A stretch of DNA of 64,000 nt from Bacillota bacterium (lineage in GTDB: Bacteria > Bacillota > Negativicutes > Sporomusales > CTSoil-080): contig JAGGAC010000008.1 in NCBI GenBank assembly GCA_017889635.1, positions 41,578 through 105,577 on the forward strand, written 5' to 3'. Within the stretch, counting starts at the first letter, position 1; the number at the start of each line of letters is the position of its first letter. Shown here piece by piece: positions 16,769 to 27,178 of the stretch. Made by a program: the position numbers and the translations under genes. The notes beneath the pieces were generated by a model. The model saw only the letters and a list, made by a program, of their open reading frames with translations. It was not told where the DNA came from and searched no databases.

Positions 16769-19393
16769 ATGCCCCGCAAGTTTTTAATCATTGATGGCAG
16801 CAGTCTGGTTCATCGTGCTTTTTACGCTTTACCGCTCTTAACGACGGCTGCTGGGCAGTATACCAATGCCGTTTACGGATTTACGACCATGATAGTAAAG
16901 CTCCTGAATGACTATAAACCTAATATGATTGGTGTAGCCTTTGATAAGAGCCGGGTAACCTTTCGCAGTAAGGTTTACGCCGAATATAAGGCGCATCGCA
17001 AACCAACTCCACCCGAATTGGCTGAGCAATTTCCTTTAGCACAGGAAATACTATGCGCTTTTGGCATCCCGGTATTTGAAGAGGCTGGCTTTGAGGCTGA
17101 CGACATTATTGGTACACTAGCATGCCGGGCTGCAGAAAGTGGTTGCGAGGTAATTATTGTAACTGGCGACCGCGACGCATTGCAATTAATTAGTCCCTCA
17201 ATCGGCGTTCTTTTGACCCGCAGGGGGATAACTGACATGGAATTATTTGACCAAGAAGCGCTAATGAATAAGTATGGGGTTCTACCTAAGCAAATAATTG
17301 ATCTCAAGGGGCTGATGGGGGACGCTTCAGACAATATTCCGGGTGTGCCAGGTGTTGGTGAAAAAACTGCTGTAAAGCTGATTGCCGAGTTTGGTTCGGT
17401 TGAGGCCTTGCTAAATAATATTGATCAAGTATCGGGTAAAAAACTGCAGCAGAAGCTCCGGGAAAATAGTGAAATGGCGATTATGTCCAAGAAGTTGGCA
17501 ACTATTGATTGTAATATGTCATTAGCTTTTGATATAGACAGTTTTGTAATTTCGCCTGATGTTGATCGTGTGCGAGAGTTGTTTACTAAGTTTGAATTCA
17601 AAAGTCTATTGGCAAGGCTGAAAGCGATTTTTCCCGAACATGGTGGCGATTCAATAGCTAAGGCAGCTTTAGCACCTCCGCCATGTCGGGTGATAACCGG
17701 GATGGAAATCGAGGAAATTGTGACGCATGTACGCCTGACTGGGCGATTGGCATGTACGGCTGTTGTTAATAAGCAGGCTTCTGAAGTTGGCTTATGCGCC
17801 ATAGCAATAGCTGTAGAAGGTTATTCGGCGTATATTCCGGCAGGCAATCAAGCATGGGATGAAGTGCTGAAGCTTTTGGCTGACGAAACTATTGCTAAGA
17901 TAACTTATGATGTGAAAACGCTTTACGAGGTGTGTGCGCAAATTGGCGTATCGCTTTTGGGCGTAGCATTCGATCCTTTGATTGCTGCTTATCTTTTAGA
18001 TCCTACCGCAGCAGAATATCCACTTACAAAGCTTTCAGCCCAGTATTTAAACAAGCCTGTAGGCTGGGAGGAAAAGGAACTGCAAAATGATGCTGCTTTT
18101 TTAGTATGGGCAGCTGAAGTAATTGATGAACTTTACCCGGTAATGAAAGAACAGCTAAAAGCAAGCGGGCTGGATAAGTTGTATTATACGATTGAGTTGC
18201 CGTTGACCGAGGTGTTGGCGGCAATGGAGGTAAATGGAATTAAGGTTGATGTTGATAAGCTCCAAACTATGTCCCAAGATATAGCCTATAAAATAGAAGT
18301 GTTGCTAAGTGAGATATATAGTTTGGCTGGCGAAAGATTTAATGTCAACTCAACTAAACAAATGGGCTATATTCTGTTTGACAAACTCAAGTTGCCGGTA
18401 GTGAAAAAGACCAAGACCGGATACTCTACCGATGTCGAGGTTTTGGAGAAGCTTGTTGGAGAGCATCCTTTAATTGATAAAATTTTGGAGTACCGCATGC
18501 TGACCAAGTTGAAGTCAACCTATCTTGATAGCATCAGTGGGTTGATCAGTTCTAAAACAGGACGTCTGCATACCACTTTTAATCAGACGGTTACAGCTAC
18601 GGGACGACTGAGCAGTTCGGAACCAAACTTGCAAAATATACCTGTTCGTACTGAGGTTGGGCGAACAATTCGGGAATTGTTCGTACCTGATCAAGATTTT
18701 TTATATCTGATGTCTGCCGATTACTCTCAAATTGAGTTAAGAGTACTTGCTCATATGGCTGGTGATGAAATCCTTCTTGATGCTTTTCAACACAACAAAG
18801 ATATTCATACTTCAACTGCTGCTGAAGTGTTCGGAGTAGAGGAAAGTGAAGTTACCGGCGAAATGCGTTCAAGGGCTAAGGCTGTAAATTTTGGTATTGT
18901 TTATGGTATTAGCGATTATGGACTGTCAAGAGATATCGGCGTTAGCCGTAAGGAGGCTGGGCTATATATTGACAGCTATTTTACTCGATATCCTAAAGTC
19001 AAAGCTTATATTGACCGAATGATCGACGATGCTCGCCGTGACGGGTTTGTCACCACTATGTTTGGGCGACGACGCTATTTGCCTGAAATTCATAGTTCAA
19101 ACTTTAACCAGCGATCTTTTGCTGAACGAACAGCTATGAATACTCCAATCCAGGGGACTGCAGCAGACATTATCAAAAAAGCGATGATTGATGTATATCG
19201 TCGTTTGAATAGTGAGGGATTCAAGAGCAGGTTACTTCTTCAGGTGCATGACGAACTGGTGCTTGAAGTAGCTGGAGATGAGAAAGAGAAAGTTGCGGCA
19301 CTTGTCAAAGAGGCCATGGAAGAGGCGGTTAGATTGGCGGTGCCATTAACTACTGATGTAAAGACAGGTCTCAACTGGGCTCAAGCAAAATAA
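16769..19393 (+). CDS. polA: DNA polymerase I
   Basis: 5' nuclease domain. Pol motifs DYSQIELR, RSRAKAVNFGIVYG and QVHDEL. Confidence 0.97.
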   Translation: MPRKFLIIDGSSLVHRAFYALPLLTTAAGQYTNAVYGFTTMIVKLLNDYKPNMIGVAFDKSRVTFRSKVYAEYKAHRKPTPPELAEQFPLAQEILCAFGIPVFEEAGFEADDIIGTLACRAAESGCEVIIVTGDRDALQLISPSIGVLLTRRGITDMELFDQEALMNKYGVLPKQIIDLKGLMGDASDNIPGVPGVGEKTAVKLIAEFGSVEALLNNIDQVSGKKLQQKLRENSEMAIMSKKLATIDCNMSLAFDIDSFVISPDVDRVRELFTKFEFKSLLARLKAIFPEHGGDSIAKAALAPPPCRVITGMEIEEIVTHVRLTGRLACTAVVNKQASEVGLCAIAIAVEGYSAYIPAGNQAWDEVLKLLADETIAKITYDVKTLYEVCAQIGVSLLGVAFDPLIAAYLLDPTAAEYPLTKLSAQYLNKPVGWEEKELQNDAAFLVWAAEVIDELYPVMKEQLKASGLDKLYYTIELPLTEVLAAMEVNGIKVDVDKLQTMSQDIAYKIEVLLSEIYSLAGERFNVNSTKQMGYILFDKLKLPVVKKTKTGYSTDVEVLEKLVGEHPLIDKILEYRMLTKLKSTYLDSISGLISSKTGRLHTTFNQTVTATGRLSSSEPNLQNIPVRTEVGRTIRELFVPDQDFLYLMSADYSQIELRVLAHMAGDEILLDAFQHNKDIHTSTAAEVFGVEESEVTGEMRSRAKAVNFGIVYGISDYGLSRDIGVSRKEAGLYIDSYFTRYPKVKAYIDRMIDDARRDGFVTTMFGRRRYLPEIHSSNFNQRSFAERTAMNTPIQGTAADIIKKAMIDVYRRLNSEGFKSRLLLQVHDELVLEVAGDEKEKVAALVKEAMEEAVRLAVPLTTDVKTGLNWAQAK

Positions 19394-19405
19394 CGGAGGT
19401 ATATT

Positions 19406-20230
19406 ATGCCGGAAATGCCTGAAGTAGAAACCATCCGCCGAACATTGGCGGATAAAGTAATAGGACAAACAATTACCAGTGTTGAAATGCTGTTACCTCG
19501 ATTGATAAAGTGGCCTTCGACCTATGAATTTCAGGCGCTGATTACCAAGAGAACTATTAGCAGTTTACGGCGTCGTGGCAAATATCTTTTGTTTTACTTT
19601 GATAACGATACCGTAATGGTGGTTCACTTGAGGATGACGGGACGCATTTATTACTTGGCGTCAGAGATAAATGACGATAGATTTATCCGTATTGTGTTTA
19701 AATTTTTGGACGGCGGAGCTCTAATTTACGCCGATAGTCGTACTTTAGGAACTCTGTATGCATTGCCGTCTGATGAACTATGGCGCATTGCTGGTTTGTC
19801 AACAATGGGACCTGAGCCGTTGTCTCCTGAGTTTACGCCGGAGTATTTGGTTGAAACACTAGCCAAGCGCAGGGGAAAGATTAAAGCGCTGCTTCTCAAT
19901 CAGCAAATTATCGGCGGGTTAGGTAACATTTATGTTGATGAGAGTCTGGCGCTTGCCAGGTTGCACCCGGAACGCAACGCTTCTACTATTACCGCCGAAG
20001 AGGCGACTAATCTATACTATGCTATTAATCAAGTGATTGAACAAGGTATTTCACATGGAGGAACGACTTTTCGCGATTATCGCGACGGTGAAGGCAAGAG
20101 TGGTAGCAATCAACACCATCTTAATGTTTATGGACGTAAGAATCTGGCCTGTAAAAATTGTGGCAATCTAATAGTCAAGACGGAAGTAGCCGGACGTGGC
20201 ACACATTTCTGTCCTCATTGTCAGCAATAA
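19406..20230 (+). CDS. mutM: Formamidopyrimidine-DNA glycosylase
   Basis: N-terminal MPEMPEVE. C-terminal zinc finger CKNCG..CPHCQ. Confidence 0.95.
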   Translation: MPEMPEVETIRRTLADKVIGQTITSVEMLLPRLIKWPSTYEFQALITKRTISSLRRRGKYLLFYFDNDTVMVVHLRMTGRIYYLASEINDDRFIRIVFKFLDGGALIYADSRTLGTLYALPSDELWRIAGLSTMGPEPLSPEFTPEYLVETLAKRRGKIKALLLNQQIIGGLGNIYVDESLALARLHPERNASTITAEEATNLYYAINQVIEQGISHGGTTFRDYRDGEGKSGSNQHHLNVYGRKNLACKNCGNLIVKTEVAGRGTHFCPHCQQ

Positions 20231-20241
20231 GGAGCGAAGAA

Positions 20242-20853
20242 ATGAAGGTTATTGGCTTAACTGGCGGTATTGCCAGTGGAAAAAGCACTGTTAGCGATAT
20301 ACTAAAAGAAATAGGAGCTTTGATTATTGATGCCGATAAGCTGGCGCGTCAGGTGGTTGAGCCAGGGCAGCCAGCTTGGCAAAAGATTGCGGAATGGTTG
20401 GGCCCTGATTTTTTGAATTTTGACCAAAGCATTGATCGTAAAAAATTAGGGGAGTTGATTTTCAACGATTCTATTGCCAGACAGCGGCTTGAGGAAATAA
20501 CCCACCCGTGCATTAAAGAGGTTGCATGGCAACAGCTTAGTGTCGCAGCTGCCAACGGGAATATTGTGGCGGTGCTTGATGTTCCGCTTCTTTTTGAGAC
20601 TGGTTGGGACAAGCATACCGATGCAAATTGGGTAGTATGGGTGGATAATAAAACTCAGTTGGAACGTCTTGTTAAGAGAGACAAATTGACTAGTGTTCAG
20701 GCTAAGGCTAGGATAGCGTCTCAAATGAGTATGTCGGAAAAACTCCGTTTAGCGGATGTAGTAATTGATAATAGTAATGATGTTGAAAGTACCAGACGGC
20801 AAGTGGTTGAGGCATGGGAGAAGCTGACGATAGCGGTGCAAGATTGTTGCTAA
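20242..20853 (+). CDS. coaE: Dephospho-CoA kinase
   Basis: MKVIGLTGGIASGKST P-loop at the start. RBS GGAG. The ORF-track upstream extension overlaps mutM. Confidence 0.93.
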   Translation: MKVIGLTGGIASGKSTVSDILKEIGALIIDADKLARQVVEPGQPAWQKIAEWLGPDFLNFDQSIDRKKLGELIFNDSIARQRLEEITHPCIKEVAWQQLSVAAANGNIVAVLDVPLLFETGWDKHTDANWVVWVDNKTQLERLVKRDKLTSVQAKARIASQMSMSEKLRLADVVIDNSNDVESTRRQVVEAWEKLTIAVQDCC

Positions 20854-20906
20854 GCGGTATTTTTTGACATCGATGCACATACTTTGTAGAAAGCTTTAAA
20901 AGCGGA

Positions 20907-21488
20907 GTGATTTTTTTGCGTATTTTTTTTACCTGGCTCAAATCATTGTTTCTTTTTCTGATGGTAGTTGCAGCGGCGGGATATTTTATTTATACTAGCG
21001 AGTGGTTTCAGAAAAACTGTTTATATCCATTTCCCTATCAGGAAATAGTATATCGTCACGCATTAAAGAATGAAGTTGATCCTTTTCTTGCTGTAGCGGT
21101 AATTAGAACTGAGAGCAAATTTCTTCCTGAGGCGAGGTCTGACAAAGGTGCTGTAGGACTTATGCAAATGATGCCGGAGACAGCACGCTGGGTAGCTGGA
21201 CAGATTAAATATAATGGATTTTACGATAACTTGCTTAATGATCCTGAAGTAAATATCTGTTTCGGTACTTGGTATCTAGCTTCATTGAACGGAGAGTTTA
21301 ATAATAACGAAGTGTTGGTATTGGCTGCTTATAACGGCGGTAGAGGAAACGTCAAGGAATGGATGCGTAAATATGGGTGGACTGACGAATTTCATGAAAT
21401 AGAGGCAATACCATTTAAGGAAACCCGGGATTATGTTCGGAAGGTACTGGAGGCAAAAAAACGTTACCAGAGTCTTTATGGGCGTTAG
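20907..21488 (+). CDS. Membrane-anchored lytic transglycosylase (SLT domain)
   Basis: ESKFLP..GAVGLMQMMPETA and AYNGG motifs. N-terminal TM segment. Confidence 0.85.
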   Translation: MIFLRIFFTWLKSLFLFLMVVAAAGYFIYTSEWFQKNCLYPFPYQEIVYRHALKNEVDPFLAVAVIRTESKFLPEARSDKGAVGLMQMMPETARWVAGQIKYNGFYDNLLNDPEVNICFGTWYLASLNGEFNNNEVLVLAAYNGGRGNVKEWMRKYGWTDEFHEIEAIPFKETRDYVRKVLEAKKRYQSLYGR

Positions 21489-21541
21489 ACGCATTGGTTA
21501 TTGAAGGCTAAGAACGTGGGTATGGTTAAAGGAGCTGGCTT

Positions 21542-23173
21542 GTGTTGCGCTGTGTGGGAAAATACGTTTTGATTATTTCCTTAATAGCTGTTTTGTCACT
21601 TTCCACCGGATGTGGCAAGTGGAGCGGACAAATGTTGAAAAAGCCGGCTCCTGGTGGAAACCTTGTTTACGGAAGCCTTCAGAAACCTGATAATTTGAAT
21701 CCGTTACTTTCGGATATGGTGGCTACGCAAGAAATTGGAAGCCTTGTCTTTAGCGGACTGGTATTAGAAAATAGTAAAGGGGAATGGATTGGTGATCTGG
21801 CAATAGATGTGCCAAGCCGAGAGAATGGAGAAGTCAGTCCTGATGGATTGACTGTGACTTATAAATTGCGGCAAGGGGTAAAGTGGCATGATGGGGCTCC
21901 TTTTTCAGCCGAAGATGTCAAATTTACTTGGCAAACAATCATGAATCCTAATGTAAACATAGTGTCAAAAAGCGGCTATGATAAAATCAGCGCAATTGAT
22001 ACTCCTGATTCCAACACTGTTGTAGTTTATTACAAGGAATTCTACCCGCCGTTTCTCACCTTATTCAGAACTATTTTGCCTAAGCATTTGTTGGAAAAAG
22101 AAGCAGACATAAATAAGGCGGCTTTTAACCGGATGCCAGTGGGGACAGGCCCGTTTAAACTAATGGTGTGGAATATGACAGGGGAATTGGTTTTTGAAGC
22201 AAATCTAGACTATTTTCGGGGCAGACCTAATTTAGATCAAATAATTTATAAAATTATTCCTGAGGCCAATCTTGTGCTTTCGCAGCTTGAAGCACGTGAA
22301 GTGGATATTATAGGCAATATTCCTTTTTCGCTGTATGAGCAGGTCAAAGCAATCAGTGGCGTAAAGGCAATGCTGACGCCCAGTATGGTTTGGGAGCACC
22401 TTGATTTTAATTTGGATAATGCTTTGCTTAGCGATGCAAAAGTGCGCCAGGCTATTATGCTGGGCATTGATCGTCGGGCTATTGTAAGCGGCGTTCTTAA
22501 AGGTGGGGGCAGTCCTGCGGCAGGCGACCAGTCGCCTTTGTCCTGGGCTTATAATCCAGTGCTTAGTGTTCCTGGTCGTGATGTTAACGCTGCCAGAAGC
22601 CTTTTGACTCAGGCAGGTTGGCAGCAAGATTCTGACGGTATTTTTGCCAAAGATGGACGCAAGCTTATTTTGGGTTTAGTAACAACAGGCGATAATAATG
22701 TTCGCGAGTCTGTAGCCCGAATTATTGAACAACAATTAAAAGAGGTTGGTATTGGTGTAAATGTTCAGTTGGTTAAACCGGAGGTATTATTTGCTGAAGT
22801 GTTGAAAAACCGGCGGTTTGAAATGGCGCTGTATGCTTGGGTAAATGGAGTAGATCCAGATAATACTAATTTGTGGCATTCGAAAAATATTCCCGGTTCG
22901 CATAATGGCTATAAAGGACAAAATTATCCCGGTTGGCGAAACGCGGAGGTTGATCGACTTGTTGAACGGGGCGTTCATACGTATAATCTGGAGGAACGAA
23001 AACAAATATATTTTGCGCTTCAACAATTGATAATAGATGATGTTCCGGTTATTCCGCTGTACTTTCGAGCCAATATTGATGCCATGCGAGATACAGTAAT
23101 AAACTTTTCTCCAAATCCTATGTCAGGCAATACTTGGAATGTCTGGGAATGGGGACTTACTAAGAAAAAATGA
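21542..23173 (+). CDS. ABC transporter substrate-binding lipoprotein, family 5 (peptide/nickel type), with no adjacent permease or ATPase
   Basis: Lipobox LSTGCG. SBP_bac_5-like sequence (VKWHDG, GTGPFKL). Confidence 0.85.
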   Translation: MLRCVGKYVLIISLIAVLSLSTGCGKWSGQMLKKPAPGGNLVYGSLQKPDNLNPLLSDMVATQEIGSLVFSGLVLENSKGEWIGDLAIDVPSRENGEVSPDGLTVTYKLRQGVKWHDGAPFSAEDVKFTWQTIMNPNVNIVSKSGYDKISAIDTPDSNTVVVYYKEFYPPFLTLFRTILPKHLLEKEADINKAAFNRMPVGTGPFKLMVWNMTGELVFEANLDYFRGRPNLDQIIYKIIPEANLVLSQLEAREVDIIGNIPFSLYEQVKAISGVKAMLTPSMVWEHLDFNLDNALLSDAKVRQAIMLGIDRRAIVSGVLKGGGSPAAGDQSPLSWAYNPVLSVPGRDVNAARSLLTQAGWQQDSDGIFAKDGRKLILGLVTTGDNNVRESVARIIEQQLKEVGIGVNVQLVKPEVLFAEVLKNRRFEMALYAWVNGVDPDNTNLWHSKNIPGSHNGYKGQNYPGWRNAEVDRLVERGVHTYNLEERKQIYFALQQLIIDDVPVIPLYFRANIDAMRDTVINFSPNPMSGNTWNVWEWGLTKKK

Positions 23174-23310
23174 AGATAAAGGCCTTGCGCGTATAACTGA
23201 TGCATGCTTGCGTTTTAAAATGTTAAAATTTAATCAACAGCCATACTTTGGTACGGATTTACATCAAAAGTAATCGGTAATTTGTGTAAAAAAAAACATA
23301 CCGAAATGTG

Positions 23311-23338
23311 TTGACATTTTATTATGAATTGGTATAAT
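23311..23338 (+). promoter_or_regulatory. Sigma-A promoter for the tRNA pair
   Basis: TTGACA, 16 nt, TGG-TATAAT (extended -10). Confidence 0.65.
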
Positions 23339-23370
23339 AGTATCTGTTGGTAATGAAGAGCAACGTTTAT

Positions 23371-23456
23371 GCGGTCGTGGCGGAACGGCAGACGCGCTAG
23401 CCTCAGGAGCTAGTGGGGGCAACCTCGTGGTGGTTCAAATCCACTCGACCGCACCA
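23371..23456 (+). tRNA. tRNA-Leu (anticodon CAG)
   Basis: Manual cloverleaf: acceptor GCGGTCG/CGACCGC, anticodon stem CTAGC/GCTAG with loop CTCAGGA, a long variable arm, T-loop GGTTCAAATCC, and an encoded CCA. Confidence 0.9.
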
Positions 23457-23476
23457 AGTTAATATGTGTTTAAAGC

Positions 23477-23560
23477 GCGGTTGTGGCGGAACGGCAGACG
23501 CACCATCTTGAGGGGGTGGCGGAGAGATCCGTGTGGGTTCAAATCCCACCAACCGCACCA
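23477..23560 (+). tRNA. tRNA-Leu (anticodon GAG)
   Basis: Acceptor GCGGTTG/CAACCGC, anticodon loop TTGAGGG, a long variable arm, T-loop GGTTCAAATCC, and an encoded CCA. Confidence 0.9.
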
Positions 23561-23573
23561 TCAAAAATGACGG

Positions 23574-23605
23574 AGCTTCTAGGAATATACCTAGAAGCTT
23601 TTTTT
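23574..23605 (+). terminator. Rho-independent terminator
   Basis: AGCTTCTAGG / CCTAGAAGCT stem followed by TTTTTT. Confidence 0.75.
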
Positions 23606-23723
23606 GTATGTGTATATTTTATAACGGCGAATAAAGAATATTAATAATCTTATATTTGCTGATAATGTTTTGAAAGTTACTTATATATTATGTAAACTTT
23701 TGGCGGTTAAAGGAGACGCATAA

Positions 23724-24101
23724 ATGCGATTATGGCATTATCGATTAATTCCACTACTTCCTAGACAGCAGTTACTTGGACAACATCGTGAGTGTTGCGC
23801 TTTACGTGGCAATGGGTGGGGCAAGAAGCATAGTACAGTAAACTATATTTTTAAATATGATCCTGCATATTTAGTGAACTATCATTGTAAAGTTATAAGC
23901 GAGCTAGAACGAAGAGGTTATTCAGTAGATCCGGCGTGGAAAGATAATAAATATCGCGGTAAAAACTGTGAGAAATATGAATACATAGTGGAAGTGTGGG
24001 ACTGTGAAGAATACCCGGAGCATGACGACAGATATCTTGAAGAATGTCTGGCGAATTTAAAAACAAAAGGTATCGCAATTGATAAAAGTCATATTTTATA
24101 A
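23724..24101 (+). CDS. Pyrimidine-dimer DNA glycosylase-like protein (DenV/TIGR02328-like)
   Basis: N-terminal MRLWHYRLIPLLPRQQLLGQHRECCALRGNGWG as I recall for this family. RBS AAAGGAG. Confidence 0.55.
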   Translation: MRLWHYRLIPLLPRQQLLGQHRECCALRGNGWGKKHSTVNYIFKYDPAYLVNYHCKVISELERRGYSVDPAWKDNKYRGKNCEKYEYIVEVWDCEEYPEHDDRYLEECLANLKTKGIAIDKSHIL

Positions 24102-24177
24102 CGTTGAAATGGGCGGTAACAAGTTATAAACTTGCTGAATGTATTCTGTTAGAATAAAAAATTGAAAATTAGAATTT

Positions 24178-24203
24178 GGCCACCAAAAAGCTTTTTGGTG
24201 GCC
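24178..24203. terminator. Bidirectional hairpin between convergent genes
   Basis: GGCCACCAAAAAG / CTTTTTGGTGGCC. Confidence 0.5.
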
Positions 24204-24290
24204 GTTTAAGATTAATCAAATGAGATTATGACAGGTTATTTTAAAGCAGGCCAGAAAGGTCGTTTAGAAGACAGGGGTAATAAGTAAAAT

Positions 24291-24560
24291 TTAAAATGGG
24301 TAACAGGACCGGGGATAACAAGATTGAACGTAGGTTGGAGTGCATGAAAGGTACGGACGACAGGAAGATGGAGCGCAGCTAGGATAGCAATAATAGTGCG
24401 GATTGCAGTAGTGTGGATGGCACAGGGCAGCAAGACTCAAAACACCAATGTCGGCGACGGCAATAGCGGCAATTGGGCTGCAACGGTTATCGTGCTGCCA
24501 AGAGGCATCTTCCCACTCCTCGATTTCAGGTCGTTCCCGAAAATTATAACGTGGGGGCAT
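24291..24560 (-). CDS. Small Cys/Pro/Tyr-rich protein with eight CxP repeats (spore-coat-like, speculative)
   Basis: ATG 5 nt after AAAGGTGGTGA. The C-terminus is CHPHYCNPHYYCYPSCAPSSCRPYLSCTPTYVQSCYPRSCYPF. Confidence 0.6.
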   Translation of the reverse strand: MPPRYNFRERPEIEEWEDASWQHDNRCSPIAAIAVADIGVLSLAALCHPHYCNPHYYCYPSCAPSSCRPYLSCTPTYVQSCYPRSCYPF

Positions 24561-24969
24561 TTTTTCACCACCTTTAATGTTGTGAAGAGCCTTTTTTTAC
24601 ATAATATGCATATATCATAATTTAGTGAATGTAAGCTGGTTGGTGTTCGGAATGGGGTTGGCAATGAGTCTACAGCAGTTTATATGAGAAAGTCTAGATC
24701 GTTTTAGACATCGATGCATAAATGTTAGTTAAATTCATATAATGATTATGTTATGGCAAAGGAAGAAAAAAAATGTATGTTAAAAAATTCACAAAAAATA
24801 TTTCCAGTCAGTAGGAATTTATGATTTGATCCCGAAGTATTAAATTATAATAAGCCTTAATGGAAAGTGCAGAGCTATCTGGTGCTAGTTTTACTTTGCG
24901 TAATAAAGGGTACTGGGCTTTCTTAAAAGCTATTTTTCATAGTAAATTAACAAGAGGAGATGATTTTTA

Positions 24970-26109
24970 ATGATTTTTGAGCTTAATGACGAACAGAAGA
25001 TGTTACAAAAGATGGCGCGGGAATTTGCTGAAAAGGAGTTAGCTCCGACGGTGGCTGAAAGAGATGAGAATCAGACTTTCTCTCGTGAACTGTATGATAA
25101 GATGGGAGAAATAGGGTTGTCAGGAATTTGTTTTCCTGAACAGTACGGTGGTGCTGACGGTGATGTTCTAAGTTATATCTTAGCTGTAGAAGAACTGTGC
25201 AAGGTGGATGATGGCTTTGGGGTTACGTTGTCAGCCAGTGTGTCGCTATGCGCTTGGCCCATTTTTGCCTATGGCACTGAAGAACAAAAACAAAAATACC
25301 TAGCTCCACTGGCTATGGGCGAGAAAATGGGTGCTTTCGGTTTAACTGAGCCTAACGCAGGAACTGATGCTGCCTCCCAGCAGACTGTGGCCGTTCGTGA
25401 TGGCGACCATTATATTCTTAATGGCAGTAAAATTTTTATTACCAATGGCGGTGAAGCCGAAGTTAATGTTGTTTTTGCCATGACTGACAAGAGCAAAGGG
25501 ACTCGGGGTATATCGGCTTTTATTCTGGAAAAAGGCATGCCTGGGTTTACGGCAGGGAAAAGAGAACATAAAATGGGTATTCATACTTCTCTGACGATGG
25601 AACTAATTTTCCAAGACGTGAAAGTTCCAGTAGAAAACCTTCTGGGTAAAGAAGGGGACGGCTTTAAGATCGCCATGAGTACTTTGGACGGCGGACGCAT
25701 CGGTATTGCTGCTCAGGCGCTGGGAATTGCTCAAGGCGCTTTAGATCATGCTATTAAATACTCAAAAGAGCGTACTCAATTTGGTAAACCAATTGCTGCC
25801 AATCAGGCCATTTCATTTATGCTGGCAGATATGGCAACAAAAGTCGATGCAGCTCGTCTTCTTACTTATAGAGCGGCATATTTAAAAGACAAAGGTCTGC
25901 CGTATTCAAAAGAAGCCGCTATGGCTAAAATGTATGCTTCTGATGCAGCGATGGCTGTTACCACTGATGCTGTCCAGATCTTTGGCGGATATGGCTACAG
26001 TCGAGAATATCCTGTAGAGCGTATGATGCGTAATGCGAAAATTACCCAGATTTACGAAGGTACAAATCAGGTACAGCGAATGGTTATTTCCAGTTCTATA
26101 TTGCGCTAG
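24970..26109 (+). CDS. bcd: Short-chain (butyryl-CoA type) acyl-CoA dehydrogenase
   Basis: [10 protein letters not shown], the [26 protein letters not shown]-terminus, 379 aa. Confidence 0.9.
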   Translation: MIFELNDEQKMLQKMAREFAEKELAPTVAERDENQTFSRELYDKMGEIGLSGICFPEQYGGADGDVLSYILAVEELCKVDDGFGVTLSASVSLCAWPIFAYGTEEQKQKYLAPLAMGEKMGAFGLTEPNAGTDAASQQTVAVRDGDHYILNGSKIFITNGGEAEVNVVFAMTDKSKGTRGISAFILEKGMPGFTAGKREHKMGIHTSLTMELIFQDVKVPVENLLGKEGDGFKIAMSTLDGGRIGIAAQALGIAQGALDHAIKYSKERTQFGKPIAANQAISFMLADMATKVDAARLLTYRAAYLKDKGLPYSKEAAMAKMYASDAAMAVTTDAVQIFGGYGYSREYPVERMMRNAKITQIYEGTNQVQRMVISSSILR

Positions 26110-26293
26110 TTTTACTTCATAAATAGGCTACTTATGACAATAGAGGTACATAATTTAAATTTTAGGGCCTCTATTGCGCTTGATATGTGAAAAAATGAAC
26201 TAAATCATTTTTCGCTGTATGTGTGGTAAAGCTAAACTACTGAATAAGCGATTTTCTGGAGTTAATTCGGGACATAAGAAAGGAGTAATTTCA

Positions 26294-27151
26294 ATGAGCT
26301 TTAAAAAGGTATTAGTTATTGGTGCAGGCCAAATGGGTGGTGGAATTGCTCAGGTATTGGCTCAAAGTGGCATTGAAGTTGTTGTTCGTGATATTAAGGA
26401 AGAATTTGTTGCAAAAGGCATTGCTAATATTACTAAGAACTTGGAGCGTCTTGTTGAAAAAGGAAAAATGGCGGCAGATGAGAAATCGGCTATTATTAAT
26501 AGGATTTCAGGAGTTGTTGAACTTAACACTACAAGTGCCCAAGTTGATTTAGTCATCGAGGCAGCGGTCGAAGATATTACTATTAAGAAGGAAATTTTTC
26601 AGGCCCTTGATAAACTTTGCCCAGCACATACCATATTTGCCAGTAATACATCATCATTGCCTATTACTGCGTTGGCGGCACTAACTAGTCGCCCGGACAA
26701 ATTTATTGGTATGCATTTTTTCAATCCTGTTCCGGTTATGAAATTGGTGGAGATTATCAAGGGGCTTGGAACAAGTGGGGAAACGTTTGCAGCCGTAAAG
26801 GCGCTTGCTGAAACAGTCGGAAAAACCCCGGTTGAGGTAAATGATTTTCCGGGATTCGCTGGTAACCGTATTATGGTGCCGATGATCAATGAGGCAATTT
26901 TTACCTTGATGGAAGGCGTTGCGTCGGCGGAAGATATCGATAATGTGGCTAAACTTGGTTTTAATCATCCGATGGGGCCGCTAGCCCTGTCTGATCTCAT
27001 TGGTAATGACACCATTCTGGCAATTATGGAGGTTCTGTATGAAGGGTTTGGCGATCCTAAATATCGTCCCTGTCCGTTACTCAAGAAAATGGTTCAGGCC
27101 GGATATCTTGGGCGTAAGAGTGGCAAGGGCTTTTATGATTATGCCAAATAA
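26294..27151 (+). CDS. hbd: 3-hydroxybutyryl-CoA dehydrogenase
   Basis: [15 protein letters not shown] fold at the true start after [21 protein letters not shown]-terminal GRKSGKGFY. Confidence 0.92.
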   Translation: MSFKKVLVIGAGQMGGGIAQVLAQSGIEVVVRDIKEEFVAKGIANITKNLERLVEKGKMAADEKSAIINRISGVVELNTTSAQVDLVIEAAVEDITIKKEIFQALDKLCPAHTIFASNTSSLPITALAALTSRPDKFIGMHFFNPVPVMKLVEIIKGLGTSGETFAAVKALAETVGKTPVEVNDFPGFAGNRIMVPMINEAIFTLMEGVASAEDIDNVAKLGFNHPMGPLALSDLIGNDTILAIMEVLYEGFGDPKYRPCPLLKKMVQAGYLGRKSGKGFYDYAK

Positions 27152-27178
27152 CTGTTATCACTAAGGAGATGATTTTTC

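Noticed and set aside
20866-20877. An identical 12-mer GACATCGATGCA preceded by a T-run, here and at 24707..24718, each followed by a CATA-type -10-like sequence. I considered it as a shared sporulation promoter or operator.
   Set aside because: A single shared 12-mer between two sites is expected many times by chance in 64 kb. The flanks do not align, and the spacing to a credible -35 is poor.
24236-24664. Three further ORFs (24236..24433 -, 24396..24620 +, 24437..24664 -) overlapping the Cys-rich gene.
   Set aside because: None has an RBS. Only the 24291..24560 frame has a strong RBS, a terminator and an internally repetitive, coherent product.
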